Below are positions 31,168 through 40,063 of a DNA stretch of 64,000 nucleotides, one piece after another. Under the pieces are notes generated by a model that was not told the origin of the DNA, did no database searches, and saw nothing but the letters and a program-made list of their open reading frames with translations. Source of the DNA: Candidatus Dormiibacterota bacterium. Its GTDB lineage: Bacteria; Chloroflexota; Dormibacteria; Aeolococcales; Aeolococcaceae. How positions within the stretch are numbered: the stretch's first letter is position 1; each line of letters starts with the position of its first letter. The stretch lies in NCBI GenBank assembly GCA_963777445.1, contig CAVZQR010000016.1, positions 4,966 to 68,965 on the forward strand, written 5' to 3'. The position numbers were made by a program, and so were the translations under genes.

Positions 31168-31960
31168 ATGCCACCGGGCAGGAGCGCCGCGACGATCCAG
31201 CCGAAGATGACCCTCGGCGCTCTGTATCGCTGCCTCCTTGATCGTCTGGACACCCGCCCCGGGTTGCGCGTCGCCATCCACTTCGAGGAGCGGACTTCAA
31301 TCGTCGTCGAGCACGCCGCCGCTGGGACCGAGCCGAAGGCGGGTGGAGCAACGAACCTTTGACGCGGACCTGACGGTTCGCGGCGGACAGGTCGCCGCCG
31401 CGACGCTCACTGCCGGCGCCGTCGGCGCCGAGACGCTCGTGGTCCGGATTGCGGAAACCGACGGCGAGAGCAGTTACGCGATCGCCGGTGAGGGTTCCGG
31501 GATGCTGCGCGTCCGTCCGGATCTTTTCGATCTCCACGCGTTCGGAGCCAGGCTCGACGGCGTGCCGGTGAACGATGCGGTCATCGACCAGGAGACGCCC
31601 GACGGATCCGGCCGGATCGTGGTCGACGCTGAGATCGACAGCGACGCGTTCGCCAGCTTGCTGGGTGCCCTCGGCGGCGGGGAGTCGGAGCACCCCGATC
31701 TCCCGCTGCTCTCGCACTCGACGGTGCTCTCGGCCGCCGCGGATGTCACCCTCGACTACTGGTGGTCGCTCCTCGGCCTCGACGAGGTCGAGGGCAGTCC
31801 GGCACGGCACAACGTCGTCGTCTGTCACGTGCACGCGTCGTTTGCACCGCTCAAGGCTGATGAATCCGACACCGGAATCGACGCCGACCCGGGGTTACCG
31901 GCGCTCGACGATCTCGACGCGGTCTGGGAACGTGCCCGCCAGCGGAGGACCGGCTCCTAG
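31168..31960 (+). other. Hypothetical protein gene with split reading frame (31168..31362 then about 31343..31960)
   Basis: Frame 1 reads 'MPPGRSAATIQPKMTLGALYRCLLDRLDTRPGLRVAIHFEERTSIVVEHAAAGTEPKAGG' and stops at 31362. The +1 frame continues with 'VEQRTFDADLTVRGGQ...'. Both have coding-like third positions. No family recognised. Confidence 0.35.
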
Positions 31961-31963
31961 TCG

Positions 31964-34477
31964 CTAATGCGTAGGCGTCGGGCCGGGTGAGGGTGTTGGG
32001 GTGGGTCCGGGCGACGGGCTCGGTGGAGTTGGGGGCGGAGCCGGCGAAGGTCCGGCGTAGGTGCACGTCTGGGTCGGGAGGGGAGTGGGCACGTAGTACG
32101 TGCAGTTCGTGTTGGCGCCGGGCTGCGTACCGGGGAGATAGAAGTCGGCGTCATCACCGCTGCCGCCGGTGGTTCCGACGATAACGTTGGCCGGCTGCTT
32201 GTACCACGTGTCCGGAACACCTTTGAGCGCGGCTGTCATGTACGAGTGCCAGATCGGGGCCGCACCGCTGTACCCCGAAACGACGCCGTCGAGATGGCCG
32301 CAGTCCGGGAAGTCGGTGTATTGCGGCTTCAGACCCCAGTGCGCCAGGTCGCGCGGGCTGTAGGGATACGTGTAATCCGACGTCCCCTCGACGGTGTTGC
32401 CCCTGGCGATCTGGTTCCTCACGTACGCATAGTCCTTCGGCTGGAGGCAGCTGCGCTGCGCGTTGCCGACCCAGACAGCGGTGAGCAGGTTCGGCGTCCA
32501 GCCAACCGTCAGGTTGTCCATGAAGAAGTCGGCGGTTCCGGTCTTGGCGCTCACCCGGCGCGGATTCAGCGTCAGGTACCCGTTGCGCCCGAACTCCCGG
32601 ATCCGGTTGTTGTCGTTGCTGGTGATCTCATCCATGATGTAGGCGACGTTGGCCGGGATCACCTGGTGTCCGGCGGCCGCGGCGTTGTATGTCCAGACGA
32701 CCTGCCCGGTTGCCTGGGCGGCGATGCTGGTCACCGGCATGGGGTTGTGCTGGACTCCGAGATCACCGAGCGTCGCCGCCCCGTCGGCGAGATCGAGGAG
32801 CGTGATGCCGCAGGTGAGCGATCCGAGCGTCGCCGCCCACTGGGTCGATGACGGCCAGTTCGTGTGTACCTTGCCGTTGAGTGTGCAGTTCTGATTGAGG
32901 GAGGTCACGCCCATTGCGAGCTCGGTGTTCGCGATGTACTGCGTGCCGGTCGCGTATTCGGTCTTGACCGCGGGAATGTTGAACGAGTTCCCGAGGCAGA
33001 GCTTGAGCTGGCAGACACCATGGGTGCGGCGGTCGTCGTCGAACGGCGAGTACGGAGCGCTGCCCGGGATCGGAAACTTGTAGTAGTCGTCGAGGATCGG
33101 CGTGGTCATCGTGAACTTGGTTGACGCGATCGCCGCCGTGTAGGTGAACAGCTTGGTGGTCGATCCCATGTTCAGCTGAACCGCTGCGGCCTGGTTCAGC
33201 TGACCGAAATGCGGATCCGAGTAATTCCACGTCCCGACCATGGCGAGGACCTCACCGTTCTGCGGGTTCAGGCTCACCAGTGCGCCGTCGCCCATGTTCT
33301 CGGCCACACGCTCCTTGCTCACCAGGTTGTGGACGGTGCTGTATGCGAGGTTCTGCTTGGCCTGGTCGATGGTGGTGTGGATCTCGTACCCGCCTGGGCT
33401 CGCATACTGCGGGAAGTTCGAGTTCAGGTAGGTTTCGAGGTAGTCGACGAAGTCCAGATCGAGGTTGGGGTCGGGCTCGGACGCCGTCCAGGAATGGACT
33501 GTGAGCGGCTCGGCGAATGCCGCGATCCCCTGGGCCTGGGTGATGTAGCCGTTCGCCTGCATGGCCTGCAGAACCGCCTTCTGACGGTTCTTCGCGAGTG
33601 GGTTGACCGTCTGGTTCGCCGCATGCACCAGCGGGTTGTATGCGGACGGCGACTGCGGCAGGCCGGCGAGCATGGCCGACTGCGCGAGGTCGAGCTGGCT
33701 GGCGGGCTTCTGGAAATACATCTCGGCGGCACTCCCGATACCGACTGAGAAGTTGCCGTAGAAGATCCGGTTCACGTACATGTCGAGGACTTCGCTCTTG
33801 GTGAAGTTCAGCGCGATCTCGTTGCCGAGCACGATCTCCTTGATCTTGTAATCGATGCTCTGAGGTGGATCTGCACCGCCGTACAGGCTGATCTTCGCGA
33901 GCTGCTCTGTGATCGTCGAACCACCCTGGAGGGCCGCGCCACGATGGGTGACGTCGGCGACGCCCGCCTCGACGAGGCGGGCAAGATCCCACGAGCCCTC
34001 CGTGTAGAAGTTGTGGTCCTCGATGGCGACGATCGCCTGCTTGAAATACGGCGAGATGCCGGCGAGGTCGACGTGGATGTGCCGGTAGCCCTCGTTGTGG
34101 AACACGTGGATGAGCCCGCCCGTGGAGTCGAAGACGTCGGTGTCGATCTGCGGCTCCATGTCGGAGATGGTCGTCGCGTCGGGCAGCTGACCCTTGTATG
34201 CGTTGTAGCCGGCGAACACCGCGCCGACCGTCCCGGCGCCGATCGCGGCGAAGATGGTGATCCCGATGAGGACGATGCGGAGCGCACGTCCGCGCTTGCG
34301 CGGCGTGCGCAGGTGGCGGTAGGCGCTGGCCCGCCGGCGGCGGAGCTCGGCGCGGGCAGCGGCCTCGGTGGCTCCGATCCCGGGATTGGTCGAGCCGTTG
34401 GCGCGAAGTGAAGTCCGGGAGCCGTTCGGCAGGCCCGCCCGGCGGCGCCGGGCTTCCGGGGTCTGGTCGAGGCTCAT
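31964..34477 (-). CDS. Class A penicillin-binding protein (transglycosylase/transpeptidase, PBP1A-type)
   Basis: GT51 motifs 'AIEDHNFY' and 'GGSTITEQL'. Transpeptidase motifs 'STTK', 'SFN' and 'KTGTA'. N-terminal TM anchor. Pro/Thr/Ser-rich C-terminal tail. Confidence 0.9.
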   Translation of the reverse strand: MSLDQTPEARRRRAGLPNGSRTSLRANGSTNPGIGATEAAARAELRRRRASAYRHLRTPRKRGRALRIVLIGITIFAAIGAGTVGAVFAGYNAYKGQLPDATTISDMEPQIDTDVFDSTGGLIHVFHNEGYRHIHVDLAGISPYFKQAIVAIEDHNFYTEGSWDLARLVEAGVADVTHRGAALQGGSTITEQLAKISLYGGADPPQSIDYKIKEIVLGNEIALNFTKSEVLDMYVNRIFYGNFSVGIGSAAEMYFQKPASQLDLAQSAMLAGLPQSPSAYNPLVHAANQTVNPLAKNRQKAVLQAMQANGYITQAQGIAAFAEPLTVHSWTASEPDPNLDLDFVDYLETYLNSNFPQYASPGGYEIHTTIDQAKQNLAYSTVHNLVSKERVAENMGDGALVSLNPQNGEVLAMVGTWNYSDPHFGQLNQAAAVQLNMGSTTKLFTYTAAIASTKFTMTTPILDDYYKFPIPGSAPYSPFDDDRRTHGVCQLKLCLGNSFNIPAVKTEYATGTQYIANTELAMGVTSLNQNCTLNGKVHTNWPSSTQWAATLGSLTCGITLLDLADGAATLGDLGVQHNPMPVTSIAAQATGQVVWTYNAAAAGHQVIPANVAYIMDEITSNDNNRIREFGRNGYLTLNPRRVSAKTGTADFFMDNLTVGWTPNLLTAVWVGNAQRSCLQPKDYAYVRNQIARGNTVEGTSDYTYPYSPRDLAHWGLKPQYTDFPDCGHLDGVVSGYSGAAPIWHSYMTAALKGVPDTWYKQPANVIVGTTGGSGDDADFYLPGTQPGANTNCTYYVPTPLPTQTCTYAGPSPAPPPTPPSPSPGPTPTPSPGPTPTH

Positions 34478-34585
34478 GCCGGCACCGTCGAATGCATTGG
34501 CGAGATGGTCTCCTGACTCCGCAGCGCTGTGACGCGCCGGCAGTGCTGTCGGGTTCCCGGGTGAAACGCCACGGTCCGAGCCGGG

Positions 34586-34738
34586 TTACGCCGGGCGCAT
34601 TGCGACGGCAAGGATGAACAGGGCGGCGAAGAGCACGACGATGGCCGCCCCGGCGAGGAGCGCACCACGGCCTTCCTCGATCCAGAAGGGACCCACCCGG
34701 CGCCGGCCTGGGGCGCCCTGGTCCAGCGGTACCGCCAT
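34586..34738 (-). CDS. Possible small single-TM protein (50 aa)
   Basis: GGAGG lies just upstream of ATG 34738. C-terminal TM 'ALLAGAAIVVLFAALFILAVA'. It sits upstream of and co-directional with the PBP gene. Weak support. Confidence 0.3.
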   Translation of the reverse strand: MAVPLDQGAPGRRRVGPFWIEEGRGALLAGAAIVVLFAALFILAVAMRPA

Positions 34739-34836
34739 CGCCTCCAACCGTACCAGCAGGGTCCCTGGAACGGTCGTATGACAATCCGTCACGGGTGCCG
34801 GAACGTCAAACCGGCCCATGACACAATCCGAAGCCG

Positions 34837-36153
34837 ATGGCAGTGACTGCGCCTGTTTCCGCGCCCGCTTCCAGTCCGATCGCGCTGCCTCCCGCCCCGA
34901 GGACCGCTGAGGAGACAGGGCTCCCATTCAGCTTTGTCTGCGACCTGGTCCTCAAGGTGCTGTATTTCAACGGCAGCATGCTGGGTCGCGACATCGCGAA
35001 CCACCTGTGCCTTCCCTTCTCGTTCGTGGATGCCACCTCGCGATTTCTCGCCGACGAAGGCTATTGCTCGTCGACCGGTGTGCATACCGCGACCCTTGAT
35101 CCCGGGGAGCCGATCAACGCCGGCATGCAGCACATGATCTCGACCACGGGCCGCCAGCGTGCCCGTGAGCTGCTCGAGATCAACCAGTACGCCGGTCCCG
35201 CCCCGGTGCCGATCAGCGACTACACGGCGATGGCCGAGCGCCAGTCGCACGTGGATGGGCAGGTCAACCGTGCCCGCCTCCACGACGCCTTCAGCCATCT
35301 CGTCCTTTCGGAGGTCGTCCTCGACCACCTCGGACCCGCGCTGAGCGCGCGCCAGGCCGTGTTCCTGTACGGGCCGCCCGGCAACGGCAAGACCACGATC
35401 GCCGAAGCGGCTGCCTCGCTGCTCGGGGCGCCGATGTTCATCCCTCGTGCCCTCTACGTCCACGGCGAGGTGATCCGCTTCTACGACCCGATCCACCACG
35501 AGCCCATCGACCGCGAGCTGCCGCCCCACGATCGTCGCTGGCAACTTGCCAAGCGGCCCGCCGTCAAGGTCGGCGGCGAGCTGACCCCGCGGATGCTCGA
35601 GCTGGGCTTCGACCACACCCTCGGCTTCTACGAGGCGTCGATGCAGCTCAAGGCCAACGGCGGGCTGTTCCTGATCGACGACTTCGGCCGCCAGCAGAAC
35701 ATGTCCCCACGCGACCTGCTCAACCGGCTCATCGTGCCGCTCGAGAAGAAGGTCGACTACCTCAACATCCCGCGCGCCGGATCGAGCATCCCGGTGCCGT
35801 TCACCTGCATGGTCATGCTCTCGACCAACCTGCGCCCCCAGAACCTCATGGACGAGGCATTCCTGCGCCGGGTGCGCTTCAAGGTGCACGTCCCCGACCC
35901 CACCGTCGACGAGTACAAGGAAATCTGGCGGCGCAACTGTGTCGACAACAACCTGCGCATGGATGAGGGGCTCATCGACCGGCTGCTCGAGAAGCACTAT
36001 CACGCCAAGGGCAGGCCGCTGCACGGCACCCACCCTCGCGACCTGCTCAACCACGTGATCCACGCCGCGCTGTATCTCGGCAAGCCCGTCGAGCTCAACA
36101 GCGAGCTGCTCGAACTCGCCTGCGAGACCTATTTCGTCGACTCCGACGAGTAG
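34837..36153 (+). CDS. AAA+ ATPase with unrecognised N-terminal domain
   Basis: Walker A 'GPPGNGKTT', Walker B 'LFLIDDFG', sensor and Arg-finger region 'STNLRPQNLMDEAFLRRV'. About 190-aa N-terminal domain ('FVCDLVLKVLYFNGSMLGRDIANHL', possibly winged-helix-like). Confidence 0.8.
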   Translation: MAVTAPVSAPASSPIALPPAPRTAEETGLPFSFVCDLVLKVLYFNGSMLGRDIANHLCLPFSFVDATSRFLADEGYCSSTGVHTATLDPGEPINAGMQHMISTTGRQRARELLEINQYAGPAPVPISDYTAMAERQSHVDGQVNRARLHDAFSHLVLSEVVLDHLGPALSARQAVFLYGPPGNGKTTIAEAAASLLGAPMFIPRALYVHGEVIRFYDPIHHEPIDRELPPHDRRWQLAKRPAVKVGGELTPRMLELGFDHTLGFYEASMQLKANGGLFLIDDFGRQQNMSPRDLLNRLIVPLEKKVDYLNIPRAGSSIPVPFTCMVMLSTNLRPQNLMDEAFLRRVRFKVHVPDPTVDEYKEIWRRNCVDNNLRMDEGLIDRLLEKHYHAKGRPLHGTHPRDLLNHVIHAALYLGKPVELNSELLELACETYFVDSDE

Positions 36154-36199
36154 GCGCCGGCGCGCATTGCTCCATGCCTCGCGGCGAGAATAGGAGCGC

Positions 36200-36682
36200 A
36201 TGCCCAAGACACACAGCTACGCGCTGACCGTGACCTGGACCGGCAACACCGGTACCGGGACCAGCGGCTATCAGGCATTCGAGCGCTCGCACGACGTGAG
36301 CATCGCGGGCAAGCCGTCGATACTCGGGAGCGCCGACCCGGCCTTTCGGGGTGCGACGGACCGCTGGAATCCCGAGGAGCTGCTGGTCGCGTCGCTCTCG
36401 CAGTGCCACATGCTCTGGTATCTCGTGCTCTGCGCCAAGGAGGGGATCGTGGTCACCGACTACGTCGATCATGCCACCGGCACGCTGGTCGAGACACCTG
36501 ACGGAGGCGGTCACTTCGAGGAGGTCTCGCTGCATCCCACTGTCACCATCGCCACGCCGGAGAAGTCCGACCGCGCGATTGGGCTGCACGAGCGTGCGCA
36601 TGCGCTGTGCTATGTCGCCAACTCGGTCAACTTCACGGTGCACACCGAGCCGTCGGTTGTGATTGCTGTCGACGTCGGTTAG
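36200..36682 (+). CDS. OsmC family peroxiredoxin-like protein
   Basis: 160 aa with the two conserved Cys contexts 'SLSQCHMLW' and '[10 protein letters not shown]'. Confidence 0.85.
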   Translation: MPKTHSYALTVTWTGNTGTGTSGYQAFERSHDVSIAGKPSILGSADPAFRGATDRWNPEELLVASLSQCHMLWYLVLCAKEGIVVTDYVDHATGTLVETPDGGGHFEEVSLHPTVTIATPEKSDRAIGLHERAHALCYVANSVNFTVHTEPSVVIAVDVG

Positions 36683-37311
36683 ACCGGGACCGACTCCGCG
36701 GCGTCTTTTCTCAGGATCGCGCCCGCGGGCCGGCGTTCGATGATCTGGTCGATCATCCCGTATGCGACCGCCTGCTCTGCGGTCATGTGGTAGTCCCGCT
36801 CGATATCCCTGCCGATCTGCTCCGAGTCGCGCCCCGTGTGCCGGTGATAGAGATCGATCAGCAGCGCACGCTGGCGAAGGATCTCGCGGGCGTGGACGTC
36901 GAGGTCGGTCGCCTGCCCCTGCATCCCCTGCGCCCACGGCTGGTGGATGACCACCAGTGAGTTGGGCAGGGCGAGACGCCGGCCGGGGGCGCCGGCCGAG
37001 AGCAGCAGCGATGCGCCGCTCGCGGCCATGCCGAGGCACGTCGTCTCAACCAGCGGACGGACGTACTGCATGGCGTCGTACATCGCCAGCGCCGCGGTCA
37101 TGGAGCCACCCGGGCTGTTGACGTACAGGTGCACGTCGCGCTCCGGATCCTCGCCTTCGAGGAAGAGCAGCTGCGCCGTGACCAGGTTGGCCAGATCGTC
37201 GTCGATGACGCCGCCGACGAAGATGATCCGGTCGCGCAGAAGCCGCGAGTAGATGTCGTACGAGCGCTCACCGCGCGTCGTGCTCTCAACGACGGTGGGG
37301 ACGAGAGTCAT
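36679..37311 (-). CDS. clpP: ATP-dependent Clp protease proteolytic subunit paralog
   Basis: '[24 protein letters not shown]', Ser in 'GMAASGAS', His in 'VIHQP', Asp in 'IERDYHMT'. ATGA overlap with the upstream HTH gene. Confidence 0.9.
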   Translation of the reverse strand: MTLVPTVVESTTRGERSYDIYSRLLRDRIIFVGGVIDDDLANLVTAQLLFLEGEDPERDVHLYVNSPGGSMTAALAMYDAMQYVRPLVETTCLGMAASGASLLLSAGAPGRRLALPNSLVVIHQPWAQGMQGQATDLDVHAREILRQRALLIDLYHRHTGRDSEQIGRDIERDYHMTAEQAVAYGMIDQIIERRPAGAILRKDAAESVPV

Positions 37312-37745
37312 CGCAAGCCCTCTGCTGTGGGTGGAACGAAGCCGATGCGGCGGCGGGTCGGCTCCGCCTGGTTCATGGCGAGGAAGGCACCGAACTGCGC
37401 CACGGTCCTGAGCGAGGCGGCGTCCAGTCCCGACGTGACTGCGCGGAGCTGGCGCCGGGGATCGGTGGGCCACGCGGGCTCGCTCTGCGGCCAGGCGCCG
37501 AGGCGGCGTCCGAGGTCGGTGTACACGGCGGCGATCGGCACGGCAAGCGCATAGGCGATGGCGATCAGCAGGTCGGCGGAGACGTCCTTGAGCCCGCGCT
37601 CGACCTCGGAGAGGTATGCCGGCGAGCACCCCGCCTCGCTGGCGAGCTCGCCGAGGCTCCGGCCCTGGCCCTCGCGATGGCCACGAAGCACGCCGCCCAG
37701 CTCGCGCCGGACCTCGTCGGCAGTTACGCTCAGAGCAGAACTCAC
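37308..37745 (-). CDS. clgR: XRE-family HTH regulator, ClgR-like
   Basis: '[56 protein letters not shown]' closely resembles actinobacterial ClgR, whose HTH core contains 'SPGYLSELERGRKEVSSELL'. It is translationally coupled to clpP. GTG start. Confidence 0.75.
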   Translation of the reverse strand: MSSALSVTADEVRRELGGVLRGHREGQGRSLGELASEAGCSPAYLSEVERGLKDVSADLLIAIAYALAVPIAAVYTDLGRRLGAWPQSEPAWPTDPRRQLRAVTSGLDAASLRTVAQFGAFLAMNQAEPTRRRIGFVPPTAEGLR

Positions 37746-37758
37746 AACGCTCAGAGCA
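37726..37758 (-). promoter_or_regulatory. Two perfect 12-bp direct repeats (ACGCTCAGAGCA) 21 bp apart at the clgR start; candidate ClgR operators
   Basis: Copies at 37726-37737 and 37747-37758. Each contains CGC-N5-GCA, one mismatch from the CGC-N5-GCG core reported for ClgR boxes. One copy lies just upstream of the GTG and one within codons 3-7. Confidence 0.4.
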
Positions 37759-37828
37759 TATCACCGCCACGCCCCGAGGGCGCGCTGCGGACGTGGCTCG
37801 GCATGGTCGCGGCTATCCTTGCCTCCTG

Positions 37829-38470
37829 ATGGCGACGCTCCTCTCCGTCAATGTCGGCCGCGCCGCGGCAAGTCGATATACCGACACCGGCATCACTGGG
37901 ATCGACAAGCGGCCGGCGACCGAATCGGTTGCGCTCCGCGACCCCGGTCCCGGAACGGGTGTGAGCGGTGCTGCCGGGGACGCCATCGGCGATCCCGGCT
38001 CTCACGGGGGGACGGATCAGGCGGTCTACGCCTACGCCCGCGAGGACCTGGACCAGTGGCAGGCAGAGCTCGGGCGGCCACTCACCAATGGCGTCTTCGG
38101 CGAGAACCTCACAACGTCCGGGCTCGACGTGAGCCGAGCTCTGGTCGGCGAGCGCTGGCAGATCGGCGACGCGTGCGTGCTCGAGGTGACCTCGCCACGC
38201 ATCCCGTGCCGGACATTCGCCGGGTGGCTCGAAGAACAGCTCTGGGTCAAGCGCTTCACCCAGCGAGGCGCCCCGGGCGCATATCTCCGGGTGATCTCAC
38301 CAGGTTCCGTGGCCGCCGGTGACGAGATCGCGGTGCTCCATCGCCCGGCCCACGAGGTGACCATCGCGATGATGTTCCGAGCGCTGACGACGGACAAGGT
38401 GCTTCAGCCTCAGCTTGCAGCCGCGGGCGACGCGCTTCCCGAACACCTGCGGCGGCGCCTCGTACCCTGA
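37829..38470 (+). CDS. MOSC domain-containing protein
   Basis: 213 aa. 'GENLTTSGLD', 'LEVTSPRIPCRTF' (conserved Cys) and 'GAYLRVISPGSVAAGDEI'. Confidence 0.8.
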   Translation: MATLLSVNVGRAAASRYTDTGITGIDKRPATESVALRDPGPGTGVSGAAGDAIGDPGSHGGTDQAVYAYAREDLDQWQAELGRPLTNGVFGENLTTSGLDVSRALVGERWQIGDACVLEVTSPRIPCRTFAGWLEEQLWVKRFTQRGAPGAYLRVISPGSVAAGDEIAVLHRPAHEVTIAMMFRALTTDKVLQPQLAAAGDALPEHLRRRLVP

Positions 38471-38544
38471 CCCGGGTGCGAGCGCAGCGGACGCAGAGAG
38501 GGGCCGTCACCCCGCGACCCCGGCGCCGGTTCAGGGAAAACACG

Positions 38545-39585
38545 ATGAACTGGGGATACGATTCCCGTCGCCCCTTCATGCACAGACTGCCTCCGTATGC
38601 CCGCATCGCCCTGGTCGCATTGACGGCCGCCGTCGCGGTGGGGACGCTGGCAACGACCTCTCGTCTCCCCATAGCGCCATCAGGGGTTGCGGCCGCCACC
38701 CGCCCCCCGGGTCGCCTGGCCCAGGCGTCGGGGCCCGACATGAACGTTGCGAACGCCGTCGTGAGCTTCTGGACGCCTGAGACCATGCCGGCGGGCGCCC
38801 CGCCGGTCCGGGGCCGCGCGGGCATCCTCGTCGACATGGACACCGGCGAGATCCTCTGGGAACGACAGCAGGATCTCGAACTGGCCCCCGCCAGCTTGAC
38901 CAAGGTGTTGACGTCGCTGGTCGCGCTCGAGAACTTCAGTCCCGGCCAGGAGGTGACCGTGACCGCCGATGCGCTGGGCCAGTCGTCAGCCGACACCCTC
39001 ATGGGCCTGAAGGCGGGTGAGACCCTGACCGTCGAGCAGTTGCTCGACGGCATGCTGCTCCCGAGCGGGGACGATGCCGCGAGTGCGATCGCCGTCGACA
39101 CCGTGGGTGAGGCGCGATTCGTCGCGGCGATGAATGCGCAGGTGGTCGCCCTCGGTCTCGCCGACTCACATTTCTCCGCCACCGCGGGGCTCGATGACCC
39201 GGCGCTGTATTCGTCCGCCTACGACCTCGCGGCCATCGCCGACTACACGTATCAACAATTCCCGCTCTTCGATCAGATCGTCGATACCCGGACCATCAAC
39301 CTGCCGGCCACCGCGGAACACCCGGCGTTCCACCTGCGCAACCTCGACTCCCTGCTCCAGGCATATCCGGCGGCTGTGGGCATCAAGCCCGGGTGGACGG
39401 GCAATGCCGGCGCCTGCCTGATCGGGATGGCCGTGCGCGACGGGCATCACCTGCTGGCGGTGATGTTGAGCGCCAACTATCCGGCGCGCATCGAGAGCCG
39501 CCTCTTCGACTGGGGGTTTCAGCTGGAAGGGCTCCCCCCGTTGCTGCCGCCGAACCCGGCAGCGAAGGCAACGCAGGCCGCCTGA
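38545..39585 (+). CDS. D-alanyl-D-alanine carboxypeptidase (S11 serine peptidase)
   Basis: N-terminal TM/signal. 'PASLTKVLT' (SxxK), 'LPSGDDAA' (SxN-like) and 'KPGWTG' (KTG-like). Confidence 0.8.
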   Translation: MNWGYDSRRPFMHRLPPYARIALVALTAAVAVGTLATTSRLPIAPSGVAAATRPPGRLAQASGPDMNVANAVVSFWTPETMPAGAPPVRGRAGILVDMDTGEILWERQQDLELAPASLTKVLTSLVALENFSPGQEVTVTADALGQSSADTLMGLKAGETLTVEQLLDGMLLPSGDDAASAIAVDTVGEARFVAAMNAQVVALGLADSHFSATAGLDDPALYSSAYDLAAIADYTYQQFPLFDQIVDTRTINLPATAEHPAFHLRNLDSLLQAYPAAVGIKPGWTGNAGACLIGMAVRDGHHLLAVMLSANYPARIESRLFDWGFQLEGLPPLLPPNPAAKATQAA

Positions 39586-39616
39586 TGTCCAGATTGAGCG
39601 TCTCGCTCGCCGGGCG

Positions 39617-40045
39617 ATGGCCGACGCTCCGAACGCCGTCGACCGCTTTCGCGACGCCGTCGACCGGCGTGACGTCGCGGCGATGGTCGACGCGATGGCG
39701 CCCGACATCGAGCTGAACAGCCCCACCGTGATGCGCCCGGTCGTGGGCCGCGAGCGCGTTCGCGCGGTCTTCGACATCCTCACCGCGCTGTTCGAGGATT
39801 TCGAATACATCAGGATCTTCGACGGCGACATGGTCACCGCTGACGCGAACATCGCGTCAACTCGCGCGCTGATGTTTCGCTGTCGCATCGGTGATGAGCA
39901 GATCGAGGGCATCGACGTGCTCGACATCGATCACTCGGATCAAATCGCCCGATTCACGGTGCTCGTGCGCCCCATGTCCGGCCTTCGCAAGCTCGCCAAC
40001 TCCGTCGCAGAGCGGATGCGGGCGAGCGGGCCGCCGCCAACCTGA
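39617..40045 (+). CDS. NTF2-like (SnoaL-like) domain protein
   Basis: 142 aa. 'VDRFRDAVDRRDVAAMVDAMAPDIELNSP' is typical of the SnoaL_2/NTF2 fold. Confidence 0.65.
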   Translation: MADAPNAVDRFRDAVDRRDVAAMVDAMAPDIELNSPTVMRPVVGRERVRAVFDILTALFEDFEYIRIFDGDMVTADANIASTRALMFRCRIGDEQIEGIDVLDIDHSDQIARFTVLVRPMSGLRKLANSVAERMRASGPPPT

Positions 40046-40063
40046 CCCACCGCGCCATGCCGC

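Noticed and set aside
31097-31834. N-terminal 246 codons of the 705-aa rhomboid ORF
   Set aside because: This part has no rhomboid-related sequence and is Arg/Gly-rich. It lies antisense to a plausible plus-strand gene. A GTG at 31096 gives a sensible rhomboid with an N-terminal domain. The rejection is not certain.
36679-37770. 363-aa reading of the second clpP ORF, and the 316-aa reading of the first clpP from 14373
   Set aside because: The upstream portions overlap the clgR-like gene and the ABC permease respectively, in other frames, and are Arg-rich. The ClpP homology starts at internal ATGs 37311 and 14622.
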